A stretch of 64,000 nt of DNA from Lama glama (Eukaryota): positions 39,992,001 through 40,056,000 of the forward strand of contig CM052816.1 of assembly GCA_028534125.1 (NCBI GenBank), in the 5' to 3' direction. Below the pieces are notes generated by a model. The model had not been told where the DNA came from and made no database searches. It worked only from the letters and a program-made list of their open reading frames with translations. This document shows positions 52,964 through 64,000 of the stretch, one piece after another. Every line of letters starts with the position of its first letter. Within the stretch, counting starts at the first letter, position 1. The translations under genes were made by a program, and so were the position numbers.

Positions 52964-53860
52964 ATTAGTGTCAGCAGTGGTCTAAGTAAGTAAACCGTTC
53001 TTACTATGGATATTGACGCTGGATGCCCTGCCAGCAAGCTGGCAAGGAGAACGCCATCACTGGTGGGAGGTGCAGCCCTACAATTATAGCAGTTAGTTTA
53101 TTAAAACTCTCACCTGTGATAAATGGGTTTGATATACTCACAGGTGCAGTATCTCAGGTTTTTCAGTGACTGAAGGAAGTAATAGTTAGAAGGAAATCGC
53201 ATCAGGGGTCTCCTACTGAATGACTTTGACGCACCAGAGAAGACCAGTATAAGGCTGTGGGTGATTAATCACCAGTTGAAGGTGAAGTGCAAAATTCAGA
53301 GGGCCTCCCTGGCAGCATATAAAGAGACTCTTATCTCCTGCAGCTGGAGACAGGAAAAACACTGAGAATTCAGCCCAGGAATTAATTACAATAATAGCAG
53401 AGAGCTTTTCAGAGAAGGTTGAATTTCCAACAAAGGCTGTGCCAGTGAGAGATTCCTGGTTGGGAAGCGTGAGATCTTGAGGCTTGAGCCAGGAACATTT
53501 GGGTTGATGGACTCATTATATTAGCTCTTTATCCCTTGAAACCTTTGGGCTTGAAGAAGAGGCCTGCTCCTTCCTTGTAAGGGCTAGCATGCCTCCATTG
53601 CTTGAAAATCATTCAGGAATCACTGCCTCACAGGGCATCATGAACACCCCTCAGCACCTGGCTGTAACTCCCTTTTAGTTTCCAAGCCGGGGAAGCGCTG
53701 AGTAGGCTAAGGAAGATAGGGAACTGTATCCTCAAAGACACTTGAGGGCACCTCCCAGTAAACTTCTAGTGGGTTCTGCAGGACCAAATCAATATACGCT
53801 GCAAGGAGTTGGGAGAATTTTATTGAGACTGCATCCTGAGGGTCCTGTATCAAAAAAAGT

Positions 53861-53966
53861 GTGCCCATTTCGGCAACACATATGTTAAAATTGGAACAAT
53901 ACAGAGAAGATCAGCATGGCCCTGCACAAGGATGACATGCAAATTCACAAAGTGTTCCATATTTTT
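53861..53966 (+). pseudogene. RNU6: U6 snRNA processed pseudogene, full length, 5' part of a U6/L1 chimera
   Basis: gtgcccatttcggcaacacatatgttaaaattggaacaatacagagaagatcagcatggccctgcacaaggatgacatgcaaattcacaaagtgttccatattttt aligns end to end with U6. ACAGAGA box intact; about 15 differences counted by eye, many at CpGs. No recognisable PSE/TATA upstream. Confidence 0.96.
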
Positions 53967-54065
53967 ATATGTGTAACTGAATCATTATGTTGTACACCAG
54001 AAATTAACACAATATAAATCACTTATACTTCAATGAAAATTTTTTAATTAAAAATAAAGTGTAAT
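53967..54065 (+). mobile_element. L1 extreme 3' end fused to U6
   Basis: atatgtgtaactgaatcattatgttgtacaccagaaattaacacaat...tatacttcaat matches the reverse complement of 18045-18125 and 54505-54572; A-rich tail; TSD-like aaaaagt on both sides. Confidence 0.9.
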
Positions 54066-54360
54066 AAAAAGTAGAACATGAGATTGGATAAGTATTCCTT
54101 AGTTTATTGATAAGGGGAGAACTATCCTATGATAAAGGACCTAAAAAAATAGAGCTAATATACTAAGATGGTTCTTGGAAGCTTGGAGAAAGTGATAGCC
54201 TATAATAAGTAGAATAGAAAAGCTAAAAACTGCCATGGCAGACATGGGAAAAAAAGGAATTTAAAAATACACAAAAGTGGCCAAGCTACTGGATATATTA
54301 TGTAAGGCTGGAAAACTTACCACTTAACCATGTTCTGAGGGAGAGCCTGGAATCCACCTC

Positions 54361-54582
54361 AGTTAGTTCAAGATGTGCAGATACTAACTACTATATATAA
54401 AACAAATAAATAACAAGTTTCTACTGTACATCACAGGGCACTTCATTCAACATCTTATAGGGAGCTAAAATTAAGAAAATATGAAAACGAATATATACAT
54501 GTATACATATGACTGAAATATTATGCTGTACCCCAGAAATAGACACAACATTGCAAGTCAACTATACTTCAATTAAAAAAAA
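54361..54582 (+). mobile_element. short 5'-truncated L1 (3' UTR only)
   Basis: agatactaactactatatataaaacaaataaataacaagtttctactgtac...gctgtaccccagaaatagacacaacattgcaagtcaactatacttcaatt plus A tail; same family as 18041-18260. Confidence 0.9.
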
Positions 54583-55469
54583 TAGTAATACACTGGTGAG
54601 AGAAACACCATCATCCTTGAGAAGCTCAAGGGCAGCTGTCCTCTCTTGGTAGGGCTCATGGCAATAAATGCTGTTAAAGAGCTGTGTTCTCTGAAGGTAA
54701 GAAGGATTTTTGCGAGCTTGGTAACACAGAGGTCCAAGGCAACATCTAACCGTCAGAAGCAAAGTGGGTACAACTGCCATGATGAGTAGCAAGAACCTGC
54801 CATGGGAGCTACCTCTCAGGAAGTTGCCTTTAAGTTACCTTCAGACAATGTAAAACAATGCAAATCGAAACAATGCGAAAAGTCTACAAAAACACACGAG
54901 AAGCCAAGATTTGGAACTGGCACTGGCTCACTCGCTACCCAGCAGGTAAAGAAAATGCAATCCTGAATGGAAGGTGGGACATTGGTGCAAGGTGTGGCCC
55001 AACTCCTGACAATTTCACCAGTGGTGATCTGCAAAAATCACCTAGTAACACTTTACAGGTGTGATGACATACCTATTGGTGTCAGAGAGGAGTAAATGTG
55101 AAATTCATGTGACCCACTTGGACACTTCTGTTGCTGGTTTCTTTTATTGTAATTGTGAAGAGACACTTGCAGCAACCCTGCTCTACGAAGACTGTGATCA
55201 CCAAGGGCTTGGAACCCTCATGAATGGAGGTTTGAGTCAAACCACCAAATAAGCCACCAAGACTTTCAAAGGTGACTGCTGAGGAAGGAGACAGTGAGTA
55301 CAGGATATGGCCCTGTGACCAACAGCAGTGACAGGCTATATTTGTTCAACCAACCACCGTCTTCCAAGGTTCCCCTCAGAAAGAGAAGCCCATGAGAATC
55401 AGAGAAGAACTGCTTCTTGAACACGTGTGGAGAAGTAGATCTGGGGCAGGGTGGGTAGGTTGGATGGGT

Positions 55470-55869
55470 AGAGGTAAGTGGCCCTGAAAATGTCCCCCTC
55501 ACATAACTGATACATTCTGACTTCACTGCCACATTCCTGCCAGGACCCCACTTCCTATAGGCTGCTCCCAGCTAATGAATGATTGTGGCAGAAAATCCAG
55601 TGCCTTCCAGTGGACAACTTTGTCTTGAGGATTCTCCATATGCTTGATGAAACTCATAGAAGTGTACTAAAGGCTGGCATTTATTTTCCACGCAGCCCTC
55701 CTTCCTTCCCTCTTCGTTCACAGGGGTAAGACTTGCCTAACAGTCTGATGGATTTCCCTGCCTCCTCTGGCTGTCTCCTGGTATTCCTCATAGTCCCTTC
55801 CTCCCATACATCTTTTGTATCTCTAATCTTGTCTTGGCTTCTGTTTCTCAGAGGAAATAAACTAACACA
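55470..55869 (+). mobile_element. ERVL-class LTR (LTR40-like), 3' LTR of relic
   Basis: Ends ctaatcttgtcttggcttctgtttctcagaggaaataaactaacaca; preceded by a G-rich PPT-like tract. Confidence 0.65.
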
Positions 55870-55949
55870 TATGTGATTCCCTAAGGGAGGGGAAATGCTT
55901 GAGGTGAGCCTCATGTTCACACTAGTTTCTAAATGTGTGCCACTTTCTG

Positions 55950-58110
55950 GATTAAAATGCAGAAAGTTAGGAGCCAAAGAGAATACAGTTTGCTTAACTG
56001 CAGAGCAGATACTGGATTTTTGGACCCCTGAGTATGCTAGAATTTGCAGGATAAGTAACAGAAGGGATAGAAATATACAGAGAAGTTGCCCCAGAATTCT
56101 GCTTGTGGTTCTTACACATTATTGCTTGAGAGCAGGGCTGCAGTTGCCACAGTGAGTCTTAATAAGACCTAACAGAGAGTAGCTGCTGCAGGATGAGAGC
56201 TAATGCAGACACCAGAGGTCATGTGAGGATGGTAGATGTTGGAGTCACAATATAACCAACACTTCCTCTAATGTATTATCTCTCTCCAATAGCCACCATA
56301 CAGTTTTAGAAGAAAAGGAGAGATATGCAAAACATGTGACCCAAAGTCAAGAAAAAAAAAGAGTTCATAGAGACATATCCCAAGATGACCCAGATACAGA
56401 AATTATTGGGGGGAAAAAAACCTTTAAAACAGCTATAATAAGTATAGTAAAGATGTTGCAGGGAAAATTGGACATGATGAATAAGCAGATAGAGACTCTC
56501 AACTGATTTTTAAAAATCTACATAAGTGAATTAAATGGAAACACAAAAACGCAAGATACAGTATCTGAAATGAAAAGTTTAATAGACAAGCTTAGTGGGA
56601 GATTAGATATGCATGAGGAAATGTTAGTGAATTGGAACACAGTGCAGGAGAAATTATCGAACCTAGAGAATTAAGAGGAAAAAAAGAAAAAACTAGGCTC
56701 AGTGACCAAGGCTAAATATCAAGTGATATGATACATGTCATCGGTGTTCCATAGAAGAGGAAAGAAAAAAATGGGTCAGAAAAAGAGCTCATGAATGATG
56801 GCTAAACTTCATGAAAAAATCAACCTACTTATCCAGAAAGCTTGTTAAACAACTTCTAGACATCATAATCAGACTGCTGAAAACTAAAGATAAGAAATAG
56901 AATGTTGAAAGATGTTGAAGAAAGCCAGAATTAAAGGTCCTTGCTTATAGAGGAATAAATACCTAAATCACAGCTGCCTTCTCATAAAAGAAATAATTAA
57001 ATATAATGAAACAGCATCTGTAAAGTGCTGAGACAAAAACAATAAATACTATCTACTCAGTGTTCTATATCAAGCAAAAATACCCTTCAGAAAGTTGGGT
57101 GAGATGAAGAACATGTTGCCAACAGAACTGTATCGCAAAGAGTGTTGAAGGAAGTGTTTCAGGTGGAAGAAAAATGGTGCCACATGGAAATTCAGATGTG
57201 TACAAAATAAAGAAAGAAAACCAAAAGATGATAAACATACAGATGAATACAAACAAATATTTTCATGCTATATTATCTTTAATTTTTTTAAAGTAAATTA
57301 ACTGAAGTAAAAACAATATTGGCAGTTTATAATATGTGCAAAATAAAAATATATGACAACAGCACAAAGTACCGGGGTAATACATGGAATTACTACTTAC
57401 AATTTTCTTACATTTTACATGAAGCTTCATAATGTTATTATATGTTTTAAGTATGAACATTCTAATACATATAGCAGTCACTCTATAAAACTAATAACTA
57501 GAAATATAACTAAAGATGTAAAGAAAATAAAATGAAATGGTTAAAAAATGTTTGGAGTATGTACAAAAGGAGGTAGGAAAGGCAGGAAAAAAGAAAAGAA
57601 GAACAAAAAAAGGACCAAGTAGAAAAGTAGTATCAAATTAGTATGCCTAGACCAAAATATGTTAGTAATTGAGACTGAAAAATAGACTAAAAGCCCAAAT
57701 TAGAAATTTAAAATTGTAAAATTTGAATAAAAAAATCAAGGCCTAATTACATCCTATCAGCAAATTCTCCTTAAAGGCAAAGATGAATAGAAAGAAGAAA
57801 AAGTTTACACCATACAAACTATCAATAAATACAGCATTGAAAACTCTCAAATCCAAGTCACAAAAGAGTATATACTCCATAAGTCCATCCCAAGGAGCTC
57901 AAGAACCAGATAAACTAATGTATGGTGAGACGAATAAGAAAGACTCATTGCATATGGTAGATGGAGAGTGAGTGGAGAGAGGACAGGATGATGGAAATGT
58001 TCTATGCGCTGGTCAGAATGCTGGTTATTACTTATAGACTTTACCAAACTCGTCTAATTGCACCCTTAGTAATAACAGTACATTTCACTGAACGTCAATA
58101 ATTACGATAT
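55950..58110 (+). mobile_element. old L1: 5' region, ORF1, start of ORF2, joined to a 3' UTR
   Basis: ORF1-like A-rich decayed motifs (cttctagacatcataatcagactgctgaaaactaaagataag; ctcagtgttctatatcaagcaaaaatacccttca). EN start at ~57650. 3' UTR motifs from ~57850 (caagtcacaaaagagtatatact; gatggaaatgttctat). Confidence 0.8.
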
Positions 58111-59344
58111 ACATACTGATTTATTGATAATAAAATTAAAATGGCCCTCACTAAAGTCCACAGTGGACAAGGAGAAAGAATAGCTAAACTCATTGTTACA
58201 CCTCTGTGGAAACTTCAGTTCTCATAGCCAATTGTACCTTTGTATAATTAAGTCTTTCTACCTTGATCAGGGAAGACTGGGTTGTTGGTTTGATATTCCA
58301 AAGTTTTGAAGCCAATCTTTTAACTATAAACATTATTAATTTATTAAAGCAATATAATCAAGGGAAGACTTTCTCTAAGTTTAAGAGTCAGGAATATGTG
58401 TGTATCATGTTGGTTCTCTGGAATTACAGAATAGCTACATAGCTGTGAATATATAAATGTAACCTGACTGTAGGGATTAAGAATGCTGAAGAGTAAGTGT
58501 GCCCGTCAGGAGGGGTCAAGACTAAACCAGAAATACTACAGAAAAGAAACTTGAGGATTGTAAAGTTTTGGCAGCCAAGCATAATCCTATGGAAAAAGCT
58601 TTGGCCACCAGCCTTCAAATACATTTAGCCCACTGGCAAAATCATCCCTATGCTGAGGTGAATAAAACAAGCTATTAGCTTCAAGGGCTTAATAATGCAA
58701 GCCTGCCCTTTGACACCTGGAGCATTGCTGCAGTGATGACAAAATCATATATCAGAGTCAGTAATTTGGTGGCTAGACATTGGATCATGAAAAATTTACG
58801 ATGGAAGAGTTGCCACTGTCTGAGGGTTTTAGGATGTGGACTAGCTAACCTTTCTTTTCTAACAGTGTTATTCCCATTGCTTCACCTGTTTTTATTTTCT
58901 GTGATTTTTATAGAAACAAATATTGTTGATATTTATTCTGTCTTTGATTCCTTTGGACCCTGCGGACTTTGTGGTGTTTAGGTTTCTATCCAGATACAAG
59001 TCTATCTACCTAATGTAGATTTATCCCCTGAATGTTAAAGACTTATTTATTATCTCTTTTTATCTGATATGAAGTGTCGGTGCTACCTTTCAGTGGTAGA
59101 TCTTATTTTTGCTGGTAAATGTTCACTCTCTTCTCTTTGTCGTAAGGAATTTACCCAGCCTTATTTGTATGGACACACAGCATGCAGAGCCCTACAGTCC
59201 TGTCTCACTGGTTTGGTTATTGGCTGCACTTTCTCTAGTCTTCTCCACTCTGCACTTTACAAAAGCTGAAGTTATCTAAAGTTCAGTACATTAGACAGGT
59301 AAATCATGAAGTATGTATCTTTTAATAGAATTATTTACACGAAG

Positions 59345-59660
59345 AACTGCAAATTCAAACACCTGCAAGGGCCAAGAAGTTAAAATATAAATATTTATAT
59401 AAATAAAATATTTTAAAAATTCTGGAATAAACACAAATTATGAGAGGTGAAACAGCTGCTACTTAATGCCACCTGATTGTTACCATCAGAGTAAGTGAAT
59501 CTGCTATTGACAAGTCTTAATGATATTTTTGAAAAGAAATCTGAAGTACTGACAAATAAGTATGTGTGTGTTTATTTTATTTCAGTCCAGTTTGTGGAAA
59601 AACAAAAGTCTTCTGCAGGCCATATCCAGCACCAGTTTGCCAGTTAGTAATGACCTCAAC
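59345..59660. mobile_element. hAT-Charlie-like DNA transposon fossil
   Basis: caaattcaaacacctgcaagggcca...aaaacaaaagtcttctgcaggccatatccagc...ccagtt...gacctc. Confidence 0.5.
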
Positions 59661-61055
59661 ATTATTTTTCTTTAAAATCTTCAAATAATAAACATTAAAA
59701 ATCATTTTAAATGTCTGCTTCACAAAATTCGATTTACATAGAACTGTTCCATGTTATAACACGTGTATCAAAGCAATATTTTCCAGAGATACTCATTGTG
59801 TACTATTATAACAATAAAAGCAATTACATAGATACAGATACCTAAAAAGACACACACAAATACATTTTTTAGCCTTGAACTATTTTACTATTTCTCTTTT
59901 GCTTTTATTATGGTGAATTGAAAATAATATAAAGGAAGGTGGGTCCCATTAAAGAGGATGTTAAGTGGGTGATTAGATTGGGCAATATAAGAAAATACTA
60001 GGAGAGGAGAAAGAAATTGGTTAAATCAGATACAGGAGAGACTTTCAGAAAGTACACAAAGATCAAAGAAATTACAACCCCAAGCAATGAACTTCCTAGA
60101 TAGTGACACACAAAATTGCCTATTAAGTGACCACTATTCAATAGCTAAGCAGTTTGGAGTAACATTTAGCCTGATGGTTACTCTCTTTCTACCAGATAGT
60201 TTTGCCCATCACCATTAAGCAAAGAAAAACAGCAAAAGGAGAACACAAAAAATATCACTAGGTAATAAGGTAGGGCACCTAGGACTTGCCAAAATGTGTA
60301 TGGGATAGTGCGTCTGTTTATTTTTAACATTTCAGGAGTCTGCACAGTTGGAAATAAAATAGCAGGAGCGAGGACTGTAGAACTAAAAGAGTTAAAGACT
60401 TTATAAGCGTTTAATATGTGGACTGTGAGCAAGTGAAGTCCTATTCCAAATTGAGGCATATTTGACTAGCAGTAGTTAAAAGAGGTCAGAGAACATTTCA
60501 AATGGTTATTACAAATTAAAGGATATTTGACTAACAGTATATGAGAATTGTCTCTTCTAAGGGCATTCATGTTTAAATAGAGATTAAGTATTAAATACAA
60601 AGGATAATGTAAGTGACATGGGCTAAATAATGGGGAAGAATTGAGAATGGCAGTGATAGGATTTTTCCTGTTCTTCCAGAAATTATACAAGATTCATAAT
60701 TGTATCTTGTACCTAAATCAAAATCACCCTTCTGCTGTAAGCTTACTATATTTGGTTACTACTGATGAAAAGAAAAAGTAACAGAAGGACAATGAATATA
60801 CATACAGAAAAAAAATCTGTGAAGTTTTTATGAATATTTACGTGGGCAAAATGAATTAAGTTAGAATAAAGTTTTAAAACTGGGTATTTTGTCCAGAAAC
60901 AAATAAAGAGATTGAGTTGATTAGTGGTGAACAGCTGAATTTTCTCATTAATATGCTTCTTGTTTTCTTGATCATTGATTTATAGGTAAAAGGCTTTGTA
61001 TGAATAATTCTCACTATATTGCAAGGTCATAAACAAGAACTTCAGTCAGCTCATC

Positions 61056-61485
61056 TGTGATGGTTAATTTTTTCTGCCAACTTGATTAGGCCATGACACC
61101 CAGGTATTTGATCAAGCACCAGTCTAGGCATTGCTGTGAAGTTGTGTTTTTTTTAGATGAGAGTAACATTTAAATCAATAAACTTCAAGTAAAGCAGATT
61201 ACCCTCCATAATGTGGGTGGGCTTATAAACTGAAGGACTTAAGGAAAAGTAGACTGTGGGGTTCCCCAAGGAAGAGGGCGGTCTGCCTCCAGACGGCCTT
61301 GGTACATGAGCCTCAGCATCAACTCTACCCCCTTCCAGGGTCTCCAGCCTGCCAGCTTATCTGACAGAGTTGGAAACTGCCGGCCTCCACAATTGTGTGA
61401 TTAATTCCTTAAAATAAATCTCTTTCTTTCTGTATGTACACACATTCTATTGGATCTTTTTCTCTGGAGATCCCTGACTACTACA
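61056..61485 (+). mobile_element. MLT2 (ERVL) solo LTR
   Basis: tgtgatggttaatttt...caacttgattaggcca...gtaaagcagattaccctccataatgtgggtgggc...ttccttaaaataaatctct...tctctggagatccctgactactaca. Confidence 0.93.
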
Positions 61486-61509
61486 CCAACATTCCCATTA
61501 TTAAAATGC

Positions 61510-63963
61510 CATGCATGCTAGCAAGGAACAATTGGAATTTGAAATTTAAAAAACACCATTTATATTGGCACTCAAAAAATGATTTAGTTAGATACATATC
61601 TAACTAAATATGTACAAGATCTATATGAGCAAAAGCACCAAATTCTGATGAGAGGAATCGCAAAAGAGCTAAATGAATGAAGAAATAATCTATGTTTATG
61701 GATAGGAAGACTCAATATTGTTAAGATGTCAGTTCTTCCCAACTTTTTACAGATTCAAAACAATTCCAGTCATAATCACAGCAAGTTATCTTCCAGATAT
61801 TGACAAACTGGTTTTAAAGTTTATATGGAGAGACCAAAAAAACCAAAATAGTTAATACCGTATTGAAGGAGAACAAGGTTGGAGGAGTGACACTACCAGA
61901 CTTCAAGATTAACTTTAAAGCTGTAATATCAAGACAATGTGATATTGGTGAAAGAATAGACAGATGGATCAGTGGAACAAATAAAGTACCCAGAAATAAA
62001 CCCACATAAGTATATTCAACAGATCTTTGACAAAAGAATAAAGGCAACAAAATTTAGAAAACATAGTTGCTCAACAAATGGTGCAGAAACAACTAGACAC
62101 ACACATACGAAAAGAAAAGAAAAAAGAATTTAGACATATACCTTACACTTTCTGCAAAAATTAACTCAAAATAGAAAGGAAACCTAAATGTAAATTGGGA
62201 AACTGTAAAAGTACTGGAAGATAACACATGAGAAAATCCATCTGTCCGTGGGTTTGATGATGACTGTTTTAGATACAGCATCAAAGGCATGATCAATAGA
62301 GGAAATAATGGATAAGCTGGACTTAATCTAAGTTATAAACTTCTATGAATGTCACTGTCAAGAGACAGAAAACAAGCCATAGACTAGAAGAAATATTTGC
62401 AAAAGGCATATATGATTAAGGACTGTTATTTAAAATATACAAAAAGCTCTTAAACCCAGAAAAAAAAATGAACAACCTGATTTTAAAATGGACAAAAGAT
62501 CCAAACAGACATCTCACCAAAGAAGATATACAGATGGCAGATAAGCATATCATATGTTGTCAGAGAAATGCAAATTAAAACAACAATGAAATAGCACTAC
62601 ACACCTATTAGATGGCCAAAAGCTAAAACGCTGAAAAACAACACTGGTGAGGGTGTGGAGGAACACGAACTCTCATTCTTTGCTGGTGGGATGGAAACAG
62701 TACACTTGGTAGTCACTTCGGGTTTCTTACAAAGCTAACCATAATCTTACCATCGATCCTATCAGCAACAGCACTCTTTGGTATTTTCCCAGATGAGTTG
62801 AGAACATGTCCACACACAAACACAAAAACCTGCACATGTTCAAAACAGCTTTATGATTGCCAAAACTTGGAAGCAACTAAGATGTCCTTTAGTAGGTATT
62901 TGGACAAGTAAACTGTGGTAAAGCCAGATAATGTAATATTGTTCAGCATTAAAAAGAAATGAGCTTTCAATCCACGGAAAAAATCTGGAGGTATCTTTAA
63001 AGCATATTACTGAGTAAAACGAGGCAATATGGAAGGGCTGCATACTGTATTATTCCAACTTTATGACTTCTGGAAAAGGCCAGCCTACAGAAGTAGTAAA
63101 AAGATCACTAGTTTCCTGGAACTGACTGGGCTGCGGGGAATGGATAGCCAGAGCACAGAGGACTTTCAGGGCAGCAAAACTACTCTGTACGATGCTATAA
63201 GGGTGGATATCATTGTACATTTGTCAAAGCCCATAGAATATACAGTACCAAGAGTGAACCCTAATGTAAGCTAAGGACTGTGAGTAACAGTGATGCATCA
63301 ATGTACTTTCATCGACTTTAACAAATGCACCACTCTGGTGTGAGACGTTGATAGTCGGGGAGGCTGTGCATGTTTGGAGGTGACCACACATGTGGCTGAG
63401 CCGCTCTGACTCTGTTTGTCAGCTCCATCCTCCCCACTCCCCTTCCCTCATGACTGAACTTTAGTCTTTTCACAAGGAATGCATCCAAGCCAGATGAGTT
63501 CCCTATCAACTTTTATCCTTGCCTTCATCTGATAACGAAAACTGGAAGAATGCCTTTTGCTAATGCAGGTAGTTAATGGTCTTGGGCGTCCAGGGGAGGA
63601 AAAAGCCCTGGTCTCAGTCCCTGTAGAAGTGCTTCTTGCTTCATAGTCAGATTCTATTTTTAGCTTTGGCCCCTTTAAATTCTCCTGTACCACCTGTACC
63701 CATGGGTGGTCAGTGCAGCTATGAATACCCCTGGATCATCTGTGTGCCAGATCCTTACTGCCTGTGTGTAAGTTACCCACAATAAACTTCCTCATTGCAC
63801 TTTTGGAATTGCCTGCTTTGTTTTTCGATCTCAAAGTTCCTTCTCAGTTCGGAGGATATTATTCAATATCTTTGCCTCCCAAGTGGATATATTGGAAGTC
63901 TGTACTTTCTACTGAACATTACTATCCACCTAAAACTGCCCTAAAAAATAGTCTATTAAAAAA
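61510..63963 (+). mobile_element. old L1 (L1MC1/2-like): ORF2 3' half and 3' UTR, interrupted near its end by an LTR
   Basis: ggataggaagactcaatattgttaagatgtcagttcttccc; gaaatgcaaattaaaacaacaatga; 3' UTR gtgaaccctaatgtaagcta; end ctaaaactgccctaaaaaatagtctattaaaaa. Confidence 0.93.
63381..63881 (+). mobile_element. ERV LTR nested in L1 3' UTR
   Basis: Non-L1 block between ggaggctgtgcatgtttggagg and gtggatatattggaagtctgtactttc. Contains tttaaat (TATA-like) and aataaac poly(A) signal at 63781. Confidence 0.7.
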
Positions 63964-64000
63964 TGTCATGGGCTATTAAAAATTCCACCATGAGATTGCA

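Larger units (their letters stand above)
52964..55465 (+). mobile_element. decayed ERVL internal region (gag-like and 3' remnants) with nested U6-L1 chimera and L1 fragment
   Basis: ERVL gag-like motifs (ggcctccctggcagcatataaagagactcttatctcctgcagctggaga; aatacactggtgagagaaacacc). Purine-rich tract before the 3' LTR. No open ORF. Confidence 0.7.

Noticed and set aside
53861..53966. Functional U6 snRNA gene
   Set aside because: No recognisable PSE/TATA upstream, many substitutions including CpG decay, a 1-nt deletion, and fusion to an L1 tail.

Overview
Mammalian, AT-rich and repeat-dense genomic DNA, most likely camelid (alpaca/llama/camel) judging from three tRNA-Ala-derived Vic-1-type SINEs. 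No intact protein-coding ORF is supported: the long ORFs in the track are decayed LINE-1 ORF2 fragments or their antisense shadows. The window holds three relatively young minus-strand L1 copies (1-2010, 18041-19214, ~24375-26476), several older L1s, at least five lineage-type solo LTRs (two with clean TSDs), MaLR/ERVL LTRs, an ancient ERVL-like LTR-internal-LTR relic (~52587-55869), MIR/L2/hAT fossils, and a 100-N assembly gap. The most distinctive element is a full-length U6 snRNA / L1 3'-end chimeric retrocopy at 53861-~54065 nested in the ERVL relic. A largely repeat-free block (~40700-44250) looks like the 3' end of an unidentified minus-strand gene: a small penultimate exon with a strong donor at 44048, a terminal exon starting at 43320 and tandem poly(A) signals at 41938, 41382 and 41097. 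I found no evidence for a new biological system. Repeat family names come from recognition by eye, not a database search, and boundaries of old repeats are approximate.
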